A stretch of 64,000 bases of DNA from Candidatus Pacearchaeota archaeon. GTDB taxonomy: Archaea; Nanobdellota; Nanobdellia; Pacearchaeales; GW2011-AR1. Both the position numbers and the translations under genes were made by a program. The stretch lies in assembly GCA_023136775.1 (NCBI GenBank), contig JAGLQO010000018.1, positions 20,452 through 84,451 on the forward strand. The letters are read 5' to 3'. Of the stretch, positions 22,873-32,964 are shown piece by piece. How positions within the stretch are numbered: position 1 is the first letter of the stretch; every line of letters starts with the position of its first letter. Under the pieces are notes generated by a model. It was not told the origin of the DNA, did no database searches, and saw only the letters and a program-made list of their open reading frames with translations.

Positions 22873-24938
22873 TTTTTATGTAAATGTGAAATTTTATTGA
22901 ATACTTTTGATTTTTCGTCTTCTGTTAAACTCGCATAGTCCAGCTGAAGAGAATTGTATAGGGAGTTTGCCTCGTCATGACTTCCTTTGCTTTGAAGACC
23001 CTTAACTTTTCTGGCTTTTTGAAGGAATGATGCTATTGAATATTGTTGTTGCTTTTTTTTCATTACTGTTAAATAAATTACTAGCGAACAAACCATTAAG
23101 ACTAGGAGTGTCATCCCGAGAGATCCTGAATTTGGAATTTCTGATAAAAAATAACCTGTTAACATGTTAGAATCTTGTGAGATTTTTACGGGAGATAATA
23201 TTATTTGATTCAAAACCTGAACATCTGTTTTGTCATCCAAAATATAAGTTATAACTTTTACATCTGTTCCAAAACTGAAAAGTCCATATTTCTCCTCGGT
23301 GTAATCTAGGTTTTTAATTTTTATATAATCCGAAGATATTGCTGAGGGAAGTTTTAGGAGTAAATATTTATCTGAACCTCTTTCTAAAACTGAATTTATG
23401 AAATGTTTTATTATTGTTTTACTCGACTTTGACCCATCAAGATAAACTGTTTCAAAAACCGTAATCTCGCTTACTATTTCTAAATTATTCTCTTCCATCA
23501 TTTTGAAAGACTGTTTAATACTTTTGTCAATCTGTGACGGTGTTAATTCTGTAGAATATTCTATTAAGGCTGTCCTTAAATCGTCGTCTGTAATTTTTAT
23601 TTCTTTTCTTGAAGAATCTATCGTTAAGATTTGTGATGGAACTTTCTTTTTTATTATGTTTAATTTTATTCTAGAACTACTGAGCCTCGAATTTAATACA
23701 TCTGAATTAAGATTTTGTAATTTGTAATTTGTAATTTCTCGCTCCAGTGCATTTAGTTCTGACAAAGAACTTGATATACTACCAGATATTCCAAGCGTCC
23801 TTAGTAATTCTTTTTCTGAATCTGATTTATCATCCAGTATAGATTGTGCATTATTTATATCATCGTCCAATAGCTTTAATTCTGTTAACATGGCATCTAC
23901 TAATGAAACCAACTCTGAAGACAATCCTGTTGCGACTGTATTATTATCTCGTCTTGTCATTGCGCTTACTTCTGGAGATAAATCCGCCACGTTAGACGCT
24001 TCATCTACTGGAGAGATTCTATAATAATATGTTTTTAATTTTGAAACATCATTGTCTGAATAATATTGATTGTCTGCATCAATTGTTTTATACAAATCTG
24101 CTCTACTAACTCCTGGAGTAATTGACCTGTAAATATTTATTGATTTGATATCGTCTTCGGGAGAAAACCATTCTAATCTTATTCGTTTATATTCCCCTAT
24201 TGCTTCTACATTTGAAATTGATGTTGGCGCAGTTGTATCTATTGAGAATATACTCCCTGATCTTATTTTTGTTCCTCCTCCTCCTTCTAGTGCCGTTGCT
24301 TCGAATTTAAATGTTCCAATTTTTTCTCCTGCTGATTTTGGAATTACTAAGTATCCTTTCCAAAAATTTCCCGAGCTATCTCCCGAGCTATCTATAATTA
24401 TTGGCTTATACGAAATTCCGTCATATGAATATGATAAGCTTGGTGTTGCTGATGGTCTCTTCGTGGTTATAAGTGAAACTTTATATTTTCCTGCTTTCAA
24501 TACATCGTTTCCCATTATATCCTGCGCTGCGTCTTCTATTATTATATCTGCTGCGATTGGGGCATTTATCCTGAAAACTATTTCTAATTCTGCTATGTCA
24601 GTTAAGGGAAGAACTTCATCTGGCGACCATTCAGTACATCTAACAAAATACCTGTGGATTCCGTCAGTTAATTCAGTTAATGGTTTCTTGTGTATTATTT
24701 CGAAATTATCCTCAAAATTTGTCATATCATGAAATGGCGCCCACGGAGTTTTACTATATCTACATAACTTGCTTACACTTGTGCTTACCTGAAGAACCAA
24801 AGAATCTGAAGGTATTACTTCAATGTGTGTGTCCGATATATTAGTAGATGCGTCTCCAAAGTTAGGAGATATAACTATTGCAGAAATAAAAGAACAAGAC
24901 ATTGAAATTAATATTAATATTATATAAACTACTTTCAT
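22869..24938 (-). CDS. Type I membrane surface protein with an FN3-like domain and a short helical cytoplasmic tail
   Basis: Signal peptide, then the FN3-like YKRIRLEWFSPEDDIKSINIYRS...YYYRISPVDEASN. TM LGMTLLVLMVCSLVIYLTVM. Tail ANSLYNSLQLDYASLTEDEKSKVFNKI. Confidence 0.75.
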   Translation of the reverse strand: MKVVYIILILISMSCSFISAIVISPNFGDASTNISDTHIEVIPSDSLVLQVSTSVSKLCRYSKTPWAPFHDMTNFEDNFEIIHKKPLTELTDGIHRYFVRCTEWSPDEVLPLTDIAELEIVFRINAPIAADIIIEDAAQDIMGNDVLKAGKYKVSLITTKRPSATPSLSYSYDGISYKPIIIDSSGDSSGNFWKGYLVIPKSAGEKIGTFKFEATALEGGGGTKIRSGSIFSIDTTAPTSISNVEAIGEYKRIRLEWFSPEDDIKSINIYRSITPGVSRADLYKTIDADNQYYSDNDVSKLKTYYYRISPVDEASNVADLSPEVSAMTRRDNNTVATGLSSELVSLVDAMLTELKLLDDDINNAQSILDDKSDSEKELLRTLGISGSISSSLSELNALEREITNYKLQNLNSDVLNSRLSSSRIKLNIIKKKVPSQILTIDSSRKEIKITDDDLRTALIEYSTELTPSQIDKSIKQSFKMMEENNLEIVSEITVFETVYLDGSKSSKTIIKHFINSVLERGSDKYLLLKLPSAISSDYIKIKNLDYTEEKYGLFSFGTDVKVITYILDDKTDVQVLNQIILSPVKISQDSNMLTGYFLSEIPNSGSLGMTLLVLMVCSLVIYLTVMKKKQQQYSIASFLQKARKVKGLQSKGSHDEANSLYNSLQLDYASLTEDEKSKVFNKISHLHKK

Positions 24939-26149
24939 CTCATAAATCCTCTTGATTTAGATATATACGATTTTCTTTCTTTATGAATTTTGAAAATTAA
25001 AGTTGCGATTATTAGTATGAGAATAAAATACGCTGACGTCCTCGTGACTGAACCTATTGTTACCCCTTTTGATTTTACGTTTAATATTGTGGACTGCTCG
25101 TAAGTTCTTTTATTATCATAAAATACTCTTCCTGAAATTACATACTTTCCCGCTTTTCTTGGCGTAAAATAAAATTGGAAATTTGACTGTTCATTTATTG
25201 GGACAAAAAGTGATTCTTCAGATTCGATGAGTTGAATTATTTTATTCTTGAAAGTTATTTTTCCAACAAACTTTGCATCGAGTGGTTTTTCTCCCGCATT
25301 TTTGAAACTTGCAGCTATCGGAACTATTTCATCAATGTCTGCCCATGGTGCTACAATTATTCTGTCTAAACTCCCAAAAGCTCGAAGAGCACCAACTTCT
25401 AAAATATCAAAAGTCAAAGTTTGTGATGCGTAACAATCTATAGCTGACATATCTACCCAATATTGTCCAACCTCTAAACCGTCTGAGGGAATTTTTATTA
25501 AGAGTGATTCTCTTTTTGTTGGTATTATTTCTACGTCCGAAAACTCTACTTGCTTAACTAAGTTAATAGAATCTTGGTCCCAAATATCAAAAGTAATTTG
25601 CGGGGATATCCTAATGTTTCCTGTGTTTAAAACGTCAAGAGAGAAAATTATGTCATCGCCTTGTTCCGCACTTGTCACCTTAAAGGAAGTTGCTTGACAT
25701 GAAATTGATTCTTGGTCCGTAATCTGTACCGTTACATACACATCTAAAGTTGGAATCACTAATCCCGTTGCAAAACCCTCTACCCCCTCTCCTAGCTCTG
25801 AAATTTTTACGGTTACGAATCCTGAATATATCCCATTTGGAGTATCTCGTGGGGGGTTGGTTGAAACCATAAGTTGCATAGGAGCTCCTTTTGATACTGA
25901 AAAATTTTCCTCAGAAAAAGCCAACCATGATGCGATTTCTCCTCTGGTTGATACAGTTACGTCTACTGGACTTTCTGCATCAATCGTTACAATAATTGGA
26001 CGCTCGGCATATCCTCCTCTTAATACGTCCTTGAAATTAATATTGGCTGGACTAACTCCGACATTTGCGGCAGACACAGTTGAACAAATTAAAACTAGCA
26101 TCGCTAACGCTATTACAAAAACTCTCTCTCCCATTTTATTATCTCCCAT
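24935..26149 (-). CDS. Type I membrane surface protein (tandem beta-sandwich domains, C-terminal TM)
   Basis: Signal peptide VFVIALAMLVLICSTVSA. C-terminal TM AYFILILIIATLIFKI. 4-nt overlap downstream. Confidence 0.75.
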   Translation of the reverse strand: MGDNKMGERVFVIALAMLVLICSTVSAANVGVSPANINFKDVLRGGYAERPIIVTIDAESPVDVTVSTRGEIASWLAFSEENFSVSKGAPMQLMVSTNPPRDTPNGIYSGFVTVKISELGEGVEGFATGLVIPTLDVYVTVQITDQESISCQATSFKVTSAEQGDDIIFSLDVLNTGNIRISPQITFDIWDQDSINLVKQVEFSDVEIIPTKRESLLIKIPSDGLEVGQYWVDMSAIDCYASQTLTFDILEVGALRAFGSLDRIIVAPWADIDEIVPIAASFKNAGEKPLDAKFVGKITFKNKIIQLIESEESLFVPINEQSNFQFYFTPRKAGKYVISGRVFYDNKRTYEQSTILNVKSKGVTIGSVTRTSAYFILILIIATLIFKIHKERKSYISKSRGFMR

Positions 26150-26203
26150 TTGTTATTTTGTTTTACAAAAAGATCTTTAGACCTTCATGCCATTTTATAC
26201 TTA

Positions 26204-27385
26204 TTAAACTTGTGTTGCTCCGACGACGATGCTTCCTTGACAAGATTCTCTTACGTCTCGCGGAACATGAACTCTCCAATATGTTTCATTTATTGCATCG
26301 TTGATTAAATCATCTTGTCTTGCGTCTAATCCATAGGGTTCTACGACTGGTACCGAAGACAAATTTGTATAATATAGGTGTGCATCTTCTGGAGCTACTT
26401 CTCCGAGTGTTGATAAAGATACACTGTATTTCATATTTTCTATTGAAATATTATTTTCGGTACAAATCATGGATTCTCCGTCGCCCTGTGAATTCCCATA
26501 TCCACTCAAGCTTAAATTGATTTTTACATTTCCGTAATTTACTATTTGAATTATTTTTTCTGAACTTAATTTTGTAGAGTCTACTGTGGTAAAATTAATC
26601 GTGGAATTTACACCGATTGCGAGAAGTGAATTCATGAAGGTGGTATCTGTTCTTAGTGCTATCATTGACATATTATTTGTTACATTTGCTAAACAATTCC
26701 ATGTTTCTGAATTTGCATAATATTCTACTTCAAACGAGCAGAAAAATTGTCCCTCTTTTGATGTTCCGTACGATTTGTTTAGATAACATGAATTATTTGT
26801 ATAATGAAAGTTATTGTCATCTGAAGCCGAGGCTGAAGATGAATCGGCATATAATACTGAGGTTAAATTTTCTATTGAGTCTATATGGCTGTAAGTTTCT
26901 ACTACTCCTATGCAAGTTACTAGCGTTGTCGAGTTTGGGGTTAAATCTAATTCGTTTACGGGAGAAGAAAAATTGTCATCTACTTCTAAAGATGTAATCA
27001 TAAATGGTGTTGTCATTGTCATATTATCTGCCATGTCAAATCCCGCTCCTGAGACTGTGACTTGAATTGTTTCTTCTGTATTATGGAAAGTTCCGTCGTC
27101 CACTAACGTTATATTTAGAACATCTCCGACTATACAGGGGATTGCCATTAATTCACAGTCTACCATGTAAACATTATCTGTTCCTGACATTCCAAGAGGT
27201 CCTACTATCCCGAATACTTCATTTAGGTCTGAAGTTTTCAAAATAGAGACTGTTCTTCCATTTGGCGAGGTTGCATCAAGTGCGTCTTCGATATAACCGA
27301 CAATCCAATGTGCAGCTGAAGCTTGAGGGATTATTAATAATGTTGCTAGCAATAGGATTGTAAAAAAAATGTTTTTATTCTGCAT
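26204..27385 (-). CDS. Secreted protein sharing a ~100-aa N-terminal domain with 44107..45954
   Basis: Signal peptide, then AAHWIVGYIEDALDATSPNGRTV...NVYMVDCELM...VGDVLNITL..VTVSGAGFD. The paralog reads AAHYISGYVNDALDGESANGKIV...NVYLIDCEML...VGDILSLKI..VTVSSAGYD. Confidence 0.8.
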   Translation of the reverse strand: MQNKNIFFTILLLATLLIIPQASAAHWIVGYIEDALDATSPNGRTVSILKTSDLNEVFGIVGPLGMSGTDNVYMVDCELMAIPCIVGDVLNITLVDDGTFHNTEETIQVTVSGAGFDMADNMTMTTPFMITSLEVDDNFSSPVNELDLTPNSTTLVTCIGVVETYSHIDSIENLTSVLYADSSSASASDDNNFHYTNNSCYLNKSYGTSKEGQFFCSFEVEYYANSETWNCLANVTNNMSMIALRTDTTFMNSLLAIGVNSTINFTTVDSTKLSSEKIIQIVNYGNVKINLSLSGYGNSQGDGESMICTENNISIENMKYSVSLSTLGEVAPEDAHLYYTNLSSVPVVEPYGLDARQDDLINDAINETYWRVHVPRDVRESCQGSIVVGATQV

Positions 27386-27539
27386 CTTTTATCTCCAATG
27401 TTAATTTATTTTTTGCTAGATCAAATTTGATTTCTACGCCTTGTCCTTCTTTTAATCCTAGGGTGTCCACTATAGCTTTTGGAATTTTCACACGGTAGCC
27501 TTTTTGGATTTTCCCGTCTTTGAATATCATCTCTTTCAT
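27375..27539 (-). CDS. AbrB/SpoVT-type small DNA-binding protein (54 aa), missed by the ORF track
   Basis: My translation is MKEMIFKDGKIQKGYRVKIPKAIVDTLGLKEGQGVEIKFDLAKNKLTLEIKDAE. The RVxIPKxIxxxLGLKxGxxVEI signature is present. Its stop overlaps the ATG (27385) of the downstream 393-aa gene. Confidence 0.6.
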   Translation of the reverse strand: MKEMIFKDGKIQKGYRVKIPKAIVDTLGLKEGQGVEIKFDLAKNKLTLEIKDAE

Positions 27540-27619
27540 GGGTTCTTTTGAAAGACTTTTTCAGTCCTAGTAAAAGACTATTCAAAGGACTTTAAATATG
27601 TTGACATTTTCGCGAATTT

Positions 27620-27856
27620 GATGGATTTAGGGCAGGAAGACAAAAGACAAATTGGCTCACGGATTATGGGGATTTTGGGGATTCAATACAGGGGAAGAAA
27701 GACAATTTTTGCTCACGGATTTTCACAGATGTCTTCGACATTCACGGATAGGGGCAATGATTTTGGAAATGATTTGATTTTGGCGACTTTCTTCCATGAG
27801 AAATTATAGCAATTTTTCCTTCGGAAAAAACGCTATAATTTCTCATTGAGTTTTTT
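27620..27856 (+). repeat. Composite intergenic element (core, B, A, T-run)
   Basis: Core 27655-27665. B 27711-27749 (stem ATGTC/GACAT). Long-form A hairpin 27791-27850, then T6 at 27851-27856. Confidence 0.9.
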
Positions 27857-27908
27857 ATTTGTGGTAATTAAGAGAATCAGATTAGGAATAATTGTATTTT
27901 ATAAAAAA

Positions 27909-28712
27909 TTAAATCAAAGCTGAAATGTAAACTTCTAGGATTGCGGCTATGAGTAATAGTAGTACTGAAATTCCAAGTAGGACTATTGTGTCTATTGTTA
28001 TTCTTTTTACTTTTTCTTTCTTTGTTAGGTCACCTTTTATGAACGCGAAATAAACTATTCCTCCGGCTAAAGCGGCTGTTATGTATGCTAGTATTTCTGG
28101 AATTCCGTGAATGAAATATTTTACGAATGCTATTGGGAGTGCTATTAATCCTAATGATTCTCTGGTTACTGTTCCGATGACGAGTCCCATTACACTTGCG
28201 TTCCATGCTAAAATGTAAATCACGCCCGCTCCGTAGAATAATGCGAAGACTAATGAAACTAAAACTATGTTTAGATTATTCCTAAGTATTGTTGAAATTG
28301 AACCTGTTATATTTGTGGCGTTTCCAGTTATCATTTTTATTTGTTCAATTGAACTGCCTTGCATTGCAAAAACATTTGCTGAAACTTGCGGGGGCAAAAC
28401 AAGCGACCATATAGAAAAAGAAATTGTGAATCCTATAAATAAACAAAGTATCATAACTATAATTGGCTTGTGATGTTTGAGCGTCCATTTTTCGGAATTC
28501 CAATTATTTTCTCTTCTCTCTTCCATTTTCATTGCACCTTGCACAACGTAAAGACAGGAAAGGACTGTTAGAAAAACTATAGCCAGGGAGGAATTCGATT
28601 TGAAAAGCCAAAGCCCTAAAAAAATTGAAAGTGAAGAATAAAAAATTCCGATTAGAACTATTTCTATTGGATGCCTTTCTGCCTTTTGCGGATTGAGTAA
28701 TAAATCTAGCAT
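27909..28712 (-). CDS. SpoIIM/DUF95-like polytopic membrane protein
   Basis: 267 aa, ~6 TM helices, with the FIHGIPEILAYITAALAGG block typical of this family. Confidence 0.55.
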   Translation of the reverse strand: MLDLLLNPQKAERHPIEIVLIGIFYSSLSIFLGLWLFKSNSSLAIVFLTVLSCLYVVQGAMKMEERRENNWNSEKWTLKHHKPIIVMILCLFIGFTISFSIWSLVLPPQVSANVFAMQGSSIEQIKMITGNATNITGSISTILRNNLNIVLVSLVFALFYGAGVIYILAWNASVMGLVIGTVTRESLGLIALPIAFVKYFIHGIPEILAYITAALAGGIVYFAFIKGDLTKKEKVKRITIDTIVLLGISVLLLLIAAILEVYISALI

Positions 28713-28743
28713 TTTATTTTATTGTGTATGTTGTTTATATTTG

Positions 28744-30741
28744 TTATGCAGAATTTTTTAAATTTAATATATTCTTGATTATGTTATAGGTTTTTGGATA
28801 CTCTTCAACTTTGAGTATTTTATTGTGTAAAAGTGTAGCTCCGTTGCATGTTCCGTTCACATAATAATTGTCTGCCCAAGAAAGATATGCACTGCTGTTT
28901 TTTACTACTCCGTCGGCGACTTCATCGTCTAGATCGCAACCGATTCCAATTATAACGCTCGTATTAATTTTTGGCTTATTTCCAAAATTTAATTTATTCA
29001 AAAATAAACTATTTTTATCCATAGATTGACAATGAATATCAGAGCCCAAAATAGAACACCCGCTTAAGATATAACCATCAATGCCATGGTTTGGAGTTGC
29101 TATCATTATTAATTTTTCCACACTGTTTTCTCCGAAAAGTTGCAAATATCGACGAGAAACAAGTCCTCCCATGCTGTGGGATATGATAATAACTTTATCT
29201 TTTTGTGTCATAATTTTTACGTTTTCTATTATATCTTTGAGACGAATTGCATAAGTTTCCAAACTGTCTCCTTTGGTTTGTAAAACTAAATCTTTTTCCG
29301 TGGTCTGATAAATATCAAAATAGTAGCTAGTTGCAAAGACTATTGGCTTAGAAGTTCTTTTGAATGTTCCAGTATTCTTTAAACTTCTTATCAAAACATA
29401 ACCTCCGTCTATATAATTTTCGTCGCTCAGAGTTTGTTGAATACTATCTAAATCTCCGAGACTACTTTCTGCGGAGATTGCATTATTGAAGGAATGTCCA
29501 TGAACTAAAATAATTGGATATTTGGATGGGTCACTTTGGCAACTTGCATCGCAACAGGCTTCGCATTCTCCGTTGTAGCAACATATTGGTTTTGGGATTT
29601 GCATTGATTTTACAAAAGAATAATTTGAGGAATTGAAGGATTGAATTCTGCTGACGTTTAATTGCGCCAAAGCTGTATAATTAGAGGGAAATTTGGAAGT
29701 CCTGTTTAAGTTTGCGGTGATATTAAAAATTCTTTTGGAAGTTTTAATTATTTTATTATCTATTGAGCCTATGCTAAAAATATTATTTACAATGTAGATT
29801 ATTTTATTATAATCTGTTATTAGAGAAGATATATTATTGTAGTTTTCGAGGCTTATGTTTTCCTCGGCTGTTAATTTAATTACGGACAACTTTAATGATT
29901 CTATTCTGGATATTATGTCGTTATGTAAGTTTATTTTTGATAATAAATCTTCATTAGTATTATTTATTATTTTGTAACTTTCTGTAATGTTTTGTTTATG
30001 GTTTTGCTTTAGTATAATATCGTAGTTATACTTTTCCCAATTGTCCAAAGAAATTTCTAGATTTTTTTCTATTGAATCTAATTGGATTATTGATATATTC
30101 GAAAGAATTATTCGCTTTGATAAATTATTAAAATTATTAAAAATTTCCAGATTTGCTTTTTTTAATTTATCAAAATCGGAAATAAATTCTTTTAATAAAA
30201 GCTCTGATCTCTTTTTCTTTGCTTTTTCTTCGTCGCTTAGCTCGTAATTAAGTGCAACTAAATAGCTTCTACGTTTTGGGCTTTCTTTTGTTTTACAAAA
30301 GGAAGATTTTTTGCTACTACAAGTTATTTCAAAAGAATATAAGTTTTGACCCTCTCCTTTGTTTGGGGCTGTAAGGGGATATTTGAAGCGACCGGGGTTA
30401 GATATCTTTGTGTCGAAAATATTCTCATCTAATATTTCTCCTGAACTTAAATCTTGGAAAGAATATTCGCAAGTTGCTTTACAAAAAACATTAACTGAAA
30501 CATATGCTTCGAAATTCACTTCGCCTACTTCGGAATTTACCATGAAAAAATCTTGCTTGTCTGCGGTTAATTTGACTAAGGTGTCGTTCCCTAAGATAAA
30601 ATTAAAAAATAAATAAAGTTTGGTTCCAAAGAAGAAGAAGAAAAGAAGAAGAAGTGCTATGGCTGAAAAAAGTAGCCATTTGTTTTCTTTAATTTTAATA
30701 ATTACTTTTTTTATAAAATTGTTTTTTGTCTTTTTCCTCAT
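28744..30741 (-). CDS. N-terminally anchored protein with a C-terminal alpha/beta-hydrolase (lipase/PGAP1-like) domain
   Basis: TM WLLFSAIALLLLFFFFF. Cys cluster CCYNGECEACCDASCQSD. ILVHGH oxyanion-type block and the nucleophile elbow IISHSMGGLVSR. Confidence 0.7.
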   Translation of the reverse strand: MRKKTKNNFIKKVIIKIKENKWLLFSAIALLLLFFFFFGTKLYLFFNFILGNDTLVKLTADKQDFFMVNSEVGEVNFEAYVSVNVFCKATCEYSFQDLSSGEILDENIFDTKISNPGRFKYPLTAPNKGEGQNLYSFEITCSSKKSSFCKTKESPKRRSYLVALNYELSDEEKAKKKRSELLLKEFISDFDKLKKANLEIFNNFNNLSKRIILSNISIIQLDSIEKNLEISLDNWEKYNYDIILKQNHKQNITESYKIINNTNEDLLSKINLHNDIISRIESLKLSVIKLTAEENISLENYNNISSLITDYNKIIYIVNNIFSIGSIDNKIIKTSKRIFNITANLNRTSKFPSNYTALAQLNVSRIQSFNSSNYSFVKSMQIPKPICCYNGECEACCDASCQSDPSKYPIILVHGHSFNNAISAESSLGDLDSIQQTLSDENYIDGGYVLIRSLKNTGTFKRTSKPIVFATSYYFDIYQTTEKDLVLQTKGDSLETYAIRLKDIIENVKIMTQKDKVIIISHSMGGLVSRRYLQLFGENSVEKLIMIATPNHGIDGYILSGCSILGSDIHCQSMDKNSLFLNKLNFGNKPKINTSVIIGIGCDLDDEVADGVVKNSSAYLSWADNYYVNGTCNGATLLHNKILKVEEYPKTYNIIKNILNLKNSA

Positions 30742-30816
30742 TGTGATTATAGGGTTATTGCATTTAATAGTTTTTTCAATTTTGATTGTGGGTTATGAAG
30801 TTTAGGGGAGGGAGGA

Positions 30817-31015
30817 AAATTGGTCTCAAACGACATGGCTTTGGTGACCCCGCTCGCGTATTATGGGGATTTGATGAATTCAAGACAGAGGGAGGAGGGC
30901 AAATTGCTCGCGGCACCCTCACCATTTAAATTTTAATTTGGTTGGGGCATGCTAATCTGCACAGATGCTTCGCATTCACGAATTCAAGACGGGGGAAACA
31001 ATGATTTTTGGAGTG
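30817..31015 (+). repeat. Composite intergenic element (C, G, truncated B, linker; no A hairpin)
   Basis: C 30817-30862. G 30901-30922. B-like 30957-30984 (stem ATGC/GCAT). CAATGATTTTTGGAGTG 30999-31015. Confidence 0.85.
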
Positions 31016-31055
31016 TGGTTTTAAATTTGAAGTGAATGTAGTGCTATTCTGTTTA

Positions 31056-32963
31056 TTATTTGTATGAGGAATTTATTCTTAAAATGTAGAACCGGGCTTT
31101 ATCGAAAAACATTTGAAGTTCTTCTCTAAAATTTAATTTGCTTTTTTCTGCGAATATAAAAAATTCCGATAATGCCTCTGGGGATTCAAATCCGTAAGTT
31201 ATTGTACTTTCGTCTGAAGAAATTACTCCTCCTGTTATTGTGAAGAAATTGCCCTTCTTCTTTCCTTTGAATTTTATATCTTTGTAATTATTTTCTTTTA
31301 GAAAACTTTTATTTATTTTGTATTCAAATTTCATGTTTCCTTTTTCTTCTTCGCCCATATTTGTTTCTACCGAATATGATTTTATGTAGTCTAAGGTTCT
31401 ATCAGAATTTCCATTGTAGGTAAATTTAAATAAATCAAATGCTGCTTTTTCTTTGAATAATTTTGAGTAAAATGCAACCCTTACGTCGCCATCCTCTTTA
31501 ATTATTGGAAAAGTTTCAGTTACTTTTGAAAATTCTTTTGGAGTATATTTATAGATAATTTCCGTTAGATTTTCTTCATGTTTTTTTCTTTTTCTTCTCC
31601 GAAAAAAATTAGAAACTTGAACTGATTTTTCTTCTAATACGCTATCTCCTAATTCACTTACAAATATAAAATCGCCTGTAGCCTGTGGGATAATTGTGAA
31701 ATTGAAATTGAAATTATCTCCTGAGAAATTCCACACTATTACATTGTGAGTTGATGTTGATGATTCTAATTTTCCGCCATTTGAAATATTAAAAACTTCG
31801 AAATTTTTTGGAATGTATTCCTTGAATTTTATATTAAAAACATTGTGTGATAAATTTCCATTTAGACTAATCTCTAAGGCTTTATTTTTTTTAATTATTG
31901 AATGTAAATTAGAATCGAAATTTACGAATTCTATCATTTGAAATGAAACTTGATTTGAAAAATTGCATTCAGAATAAAAATCGTTAATCTTTAAATCTAC
32001 CACTTCTCCTTTTTTCCATGTTTTATATCCTAAGTCTTTTGTTCCGTAGCCTATTTCACAATTTTTGAGTTTGTCTTTGGGTCTAATATAATAAGAATAA
32101 TTAAATGGACTTCTATAGGCATTCTTCCATTCGATTGCGTAATATCCGTCTTCTTTGAAAACTTTTCCATTGTTGCTGACATTAAAAACCTCATATTCAT
32201 CTGGGATAAAATCTGTTATGGGGAAAATACCTTTGCTCTTTGTTCCGTAAAAATTAATTAAAATTTCGTTGTTGTTTGTGGGGTTGATGATTAGTGTTTT
32301 TTCGTATGTGGCAGTTCTGTTGCTATCTTCTGGAAAAATCATTTCGCGACTTCCTCCTTTGATTCTTTTTTTTGTGTGACAATTGGCAATAAAATTAATT
32401 GCATTAAATCCAAATTCTCCTTCAAGTGAATTATTATATTCTCCACAATTATTACATAATAAATTAAGGGAATTCTTTTCTTTGATAAAAAAATCACACC
32501 CAGTATGGATATCTGCTTTTATATTAAAGCTATTATTTTTTGAGATTACTAATTTTTTATTTGGCTGTTTTATCTGAACGACTTCTCTAAATTCCATCTT
32601 TGGAAAAATGTCATAATTTTCTCCGGTTAAAATCATTTCTGTGGGTCCTGCCATAAATCCATTTTCGAAATCTAATATTTCTGCACGAACAACTGCACCA
32701 TCATCAAAAAGTTTATGGTCTGTTCCGGGCTCTACGTTGGAAAACATATATTTGTTGTCACTCGGACTAACCATTACTTTGACATAATCATTAACATCTT
32801 CAATGGCGTAAACGAAAACATTTTGCCAATAAGGATTGATTCCTTTTGTATTGTTTGTGAAAACTTCTCCTCCAATAATTTGCGAAGAAGCTAATGGAAA
32901 TGAAATTAAGCAAAGCAGTAAGACTAATTTTATTACCATATTTATTTTTATTTTATTTTTCAT
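31056..32963 (-). CDS. Secreted protein co-transcribed with the 3608-aa giant gene
   Basis: Start corrected to ATG 32963 (MKNKIKINMVIKLVLLLCLISFPLASS), 1 nt after the giant gene's TAA at 32965-32967. The track start at 33008 overlaps the giant gene. Confidence 0.7.
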   Translation of the reverse strand: MKNKIKINMVIKLVLLLCLISFPLASSQIIGGEVFTNNTKGINPYWQNVFVYAIEDVNDYVKVMVSPSDNKYMFSNVEPGTDHKLFDDGAVVRAEILDFENGFMAGPTEMILTGENYDIFPKMEFREVVQIKQPNKKLVISKNNSFNIKADIHTGCDFFIKEKNSLNLLCNNCGEYNNSLEGEFGFNAINFIANCHTKKRIKGGSREMIFPEDSNRTATYEKTLIINPTNNNEILINFYGTKSKGIFPITDFIPDEYEVFNVSNNGKVFKEDGYYAIEWKNAYRSPFNYSYYIRPKDKLKNCEIGYGTKDLGYKTWKKGEVVDLKINDFYSECNFSNQVSFQMIEFVNFDSNLHSIIKKNKALEISLNGNLSHNVFNIKFKEYIPKNFEVFNISNGGKLESSTSTHNVIVWNFSGDNFNFNFTIIPQATGDFIFVSELGDSVLEEKSVQVSNFFRRRKRKKHEENLTEIIYKYTPKEFSKVTETFPIIKEDGDVRVAFYSKLFKEKAAFDLFKFTYNGNSDRTLDYIKSYSVETNMGEEEKGNMKFEYKINKSFLKENNYKDIKFKGKKKGNFFTITGGVISSDESTITYGFESPEALSEFFIFAEKSKLNFREELQMFFDKARFYILRINSSYK

Positions 32964-32964
32964 T

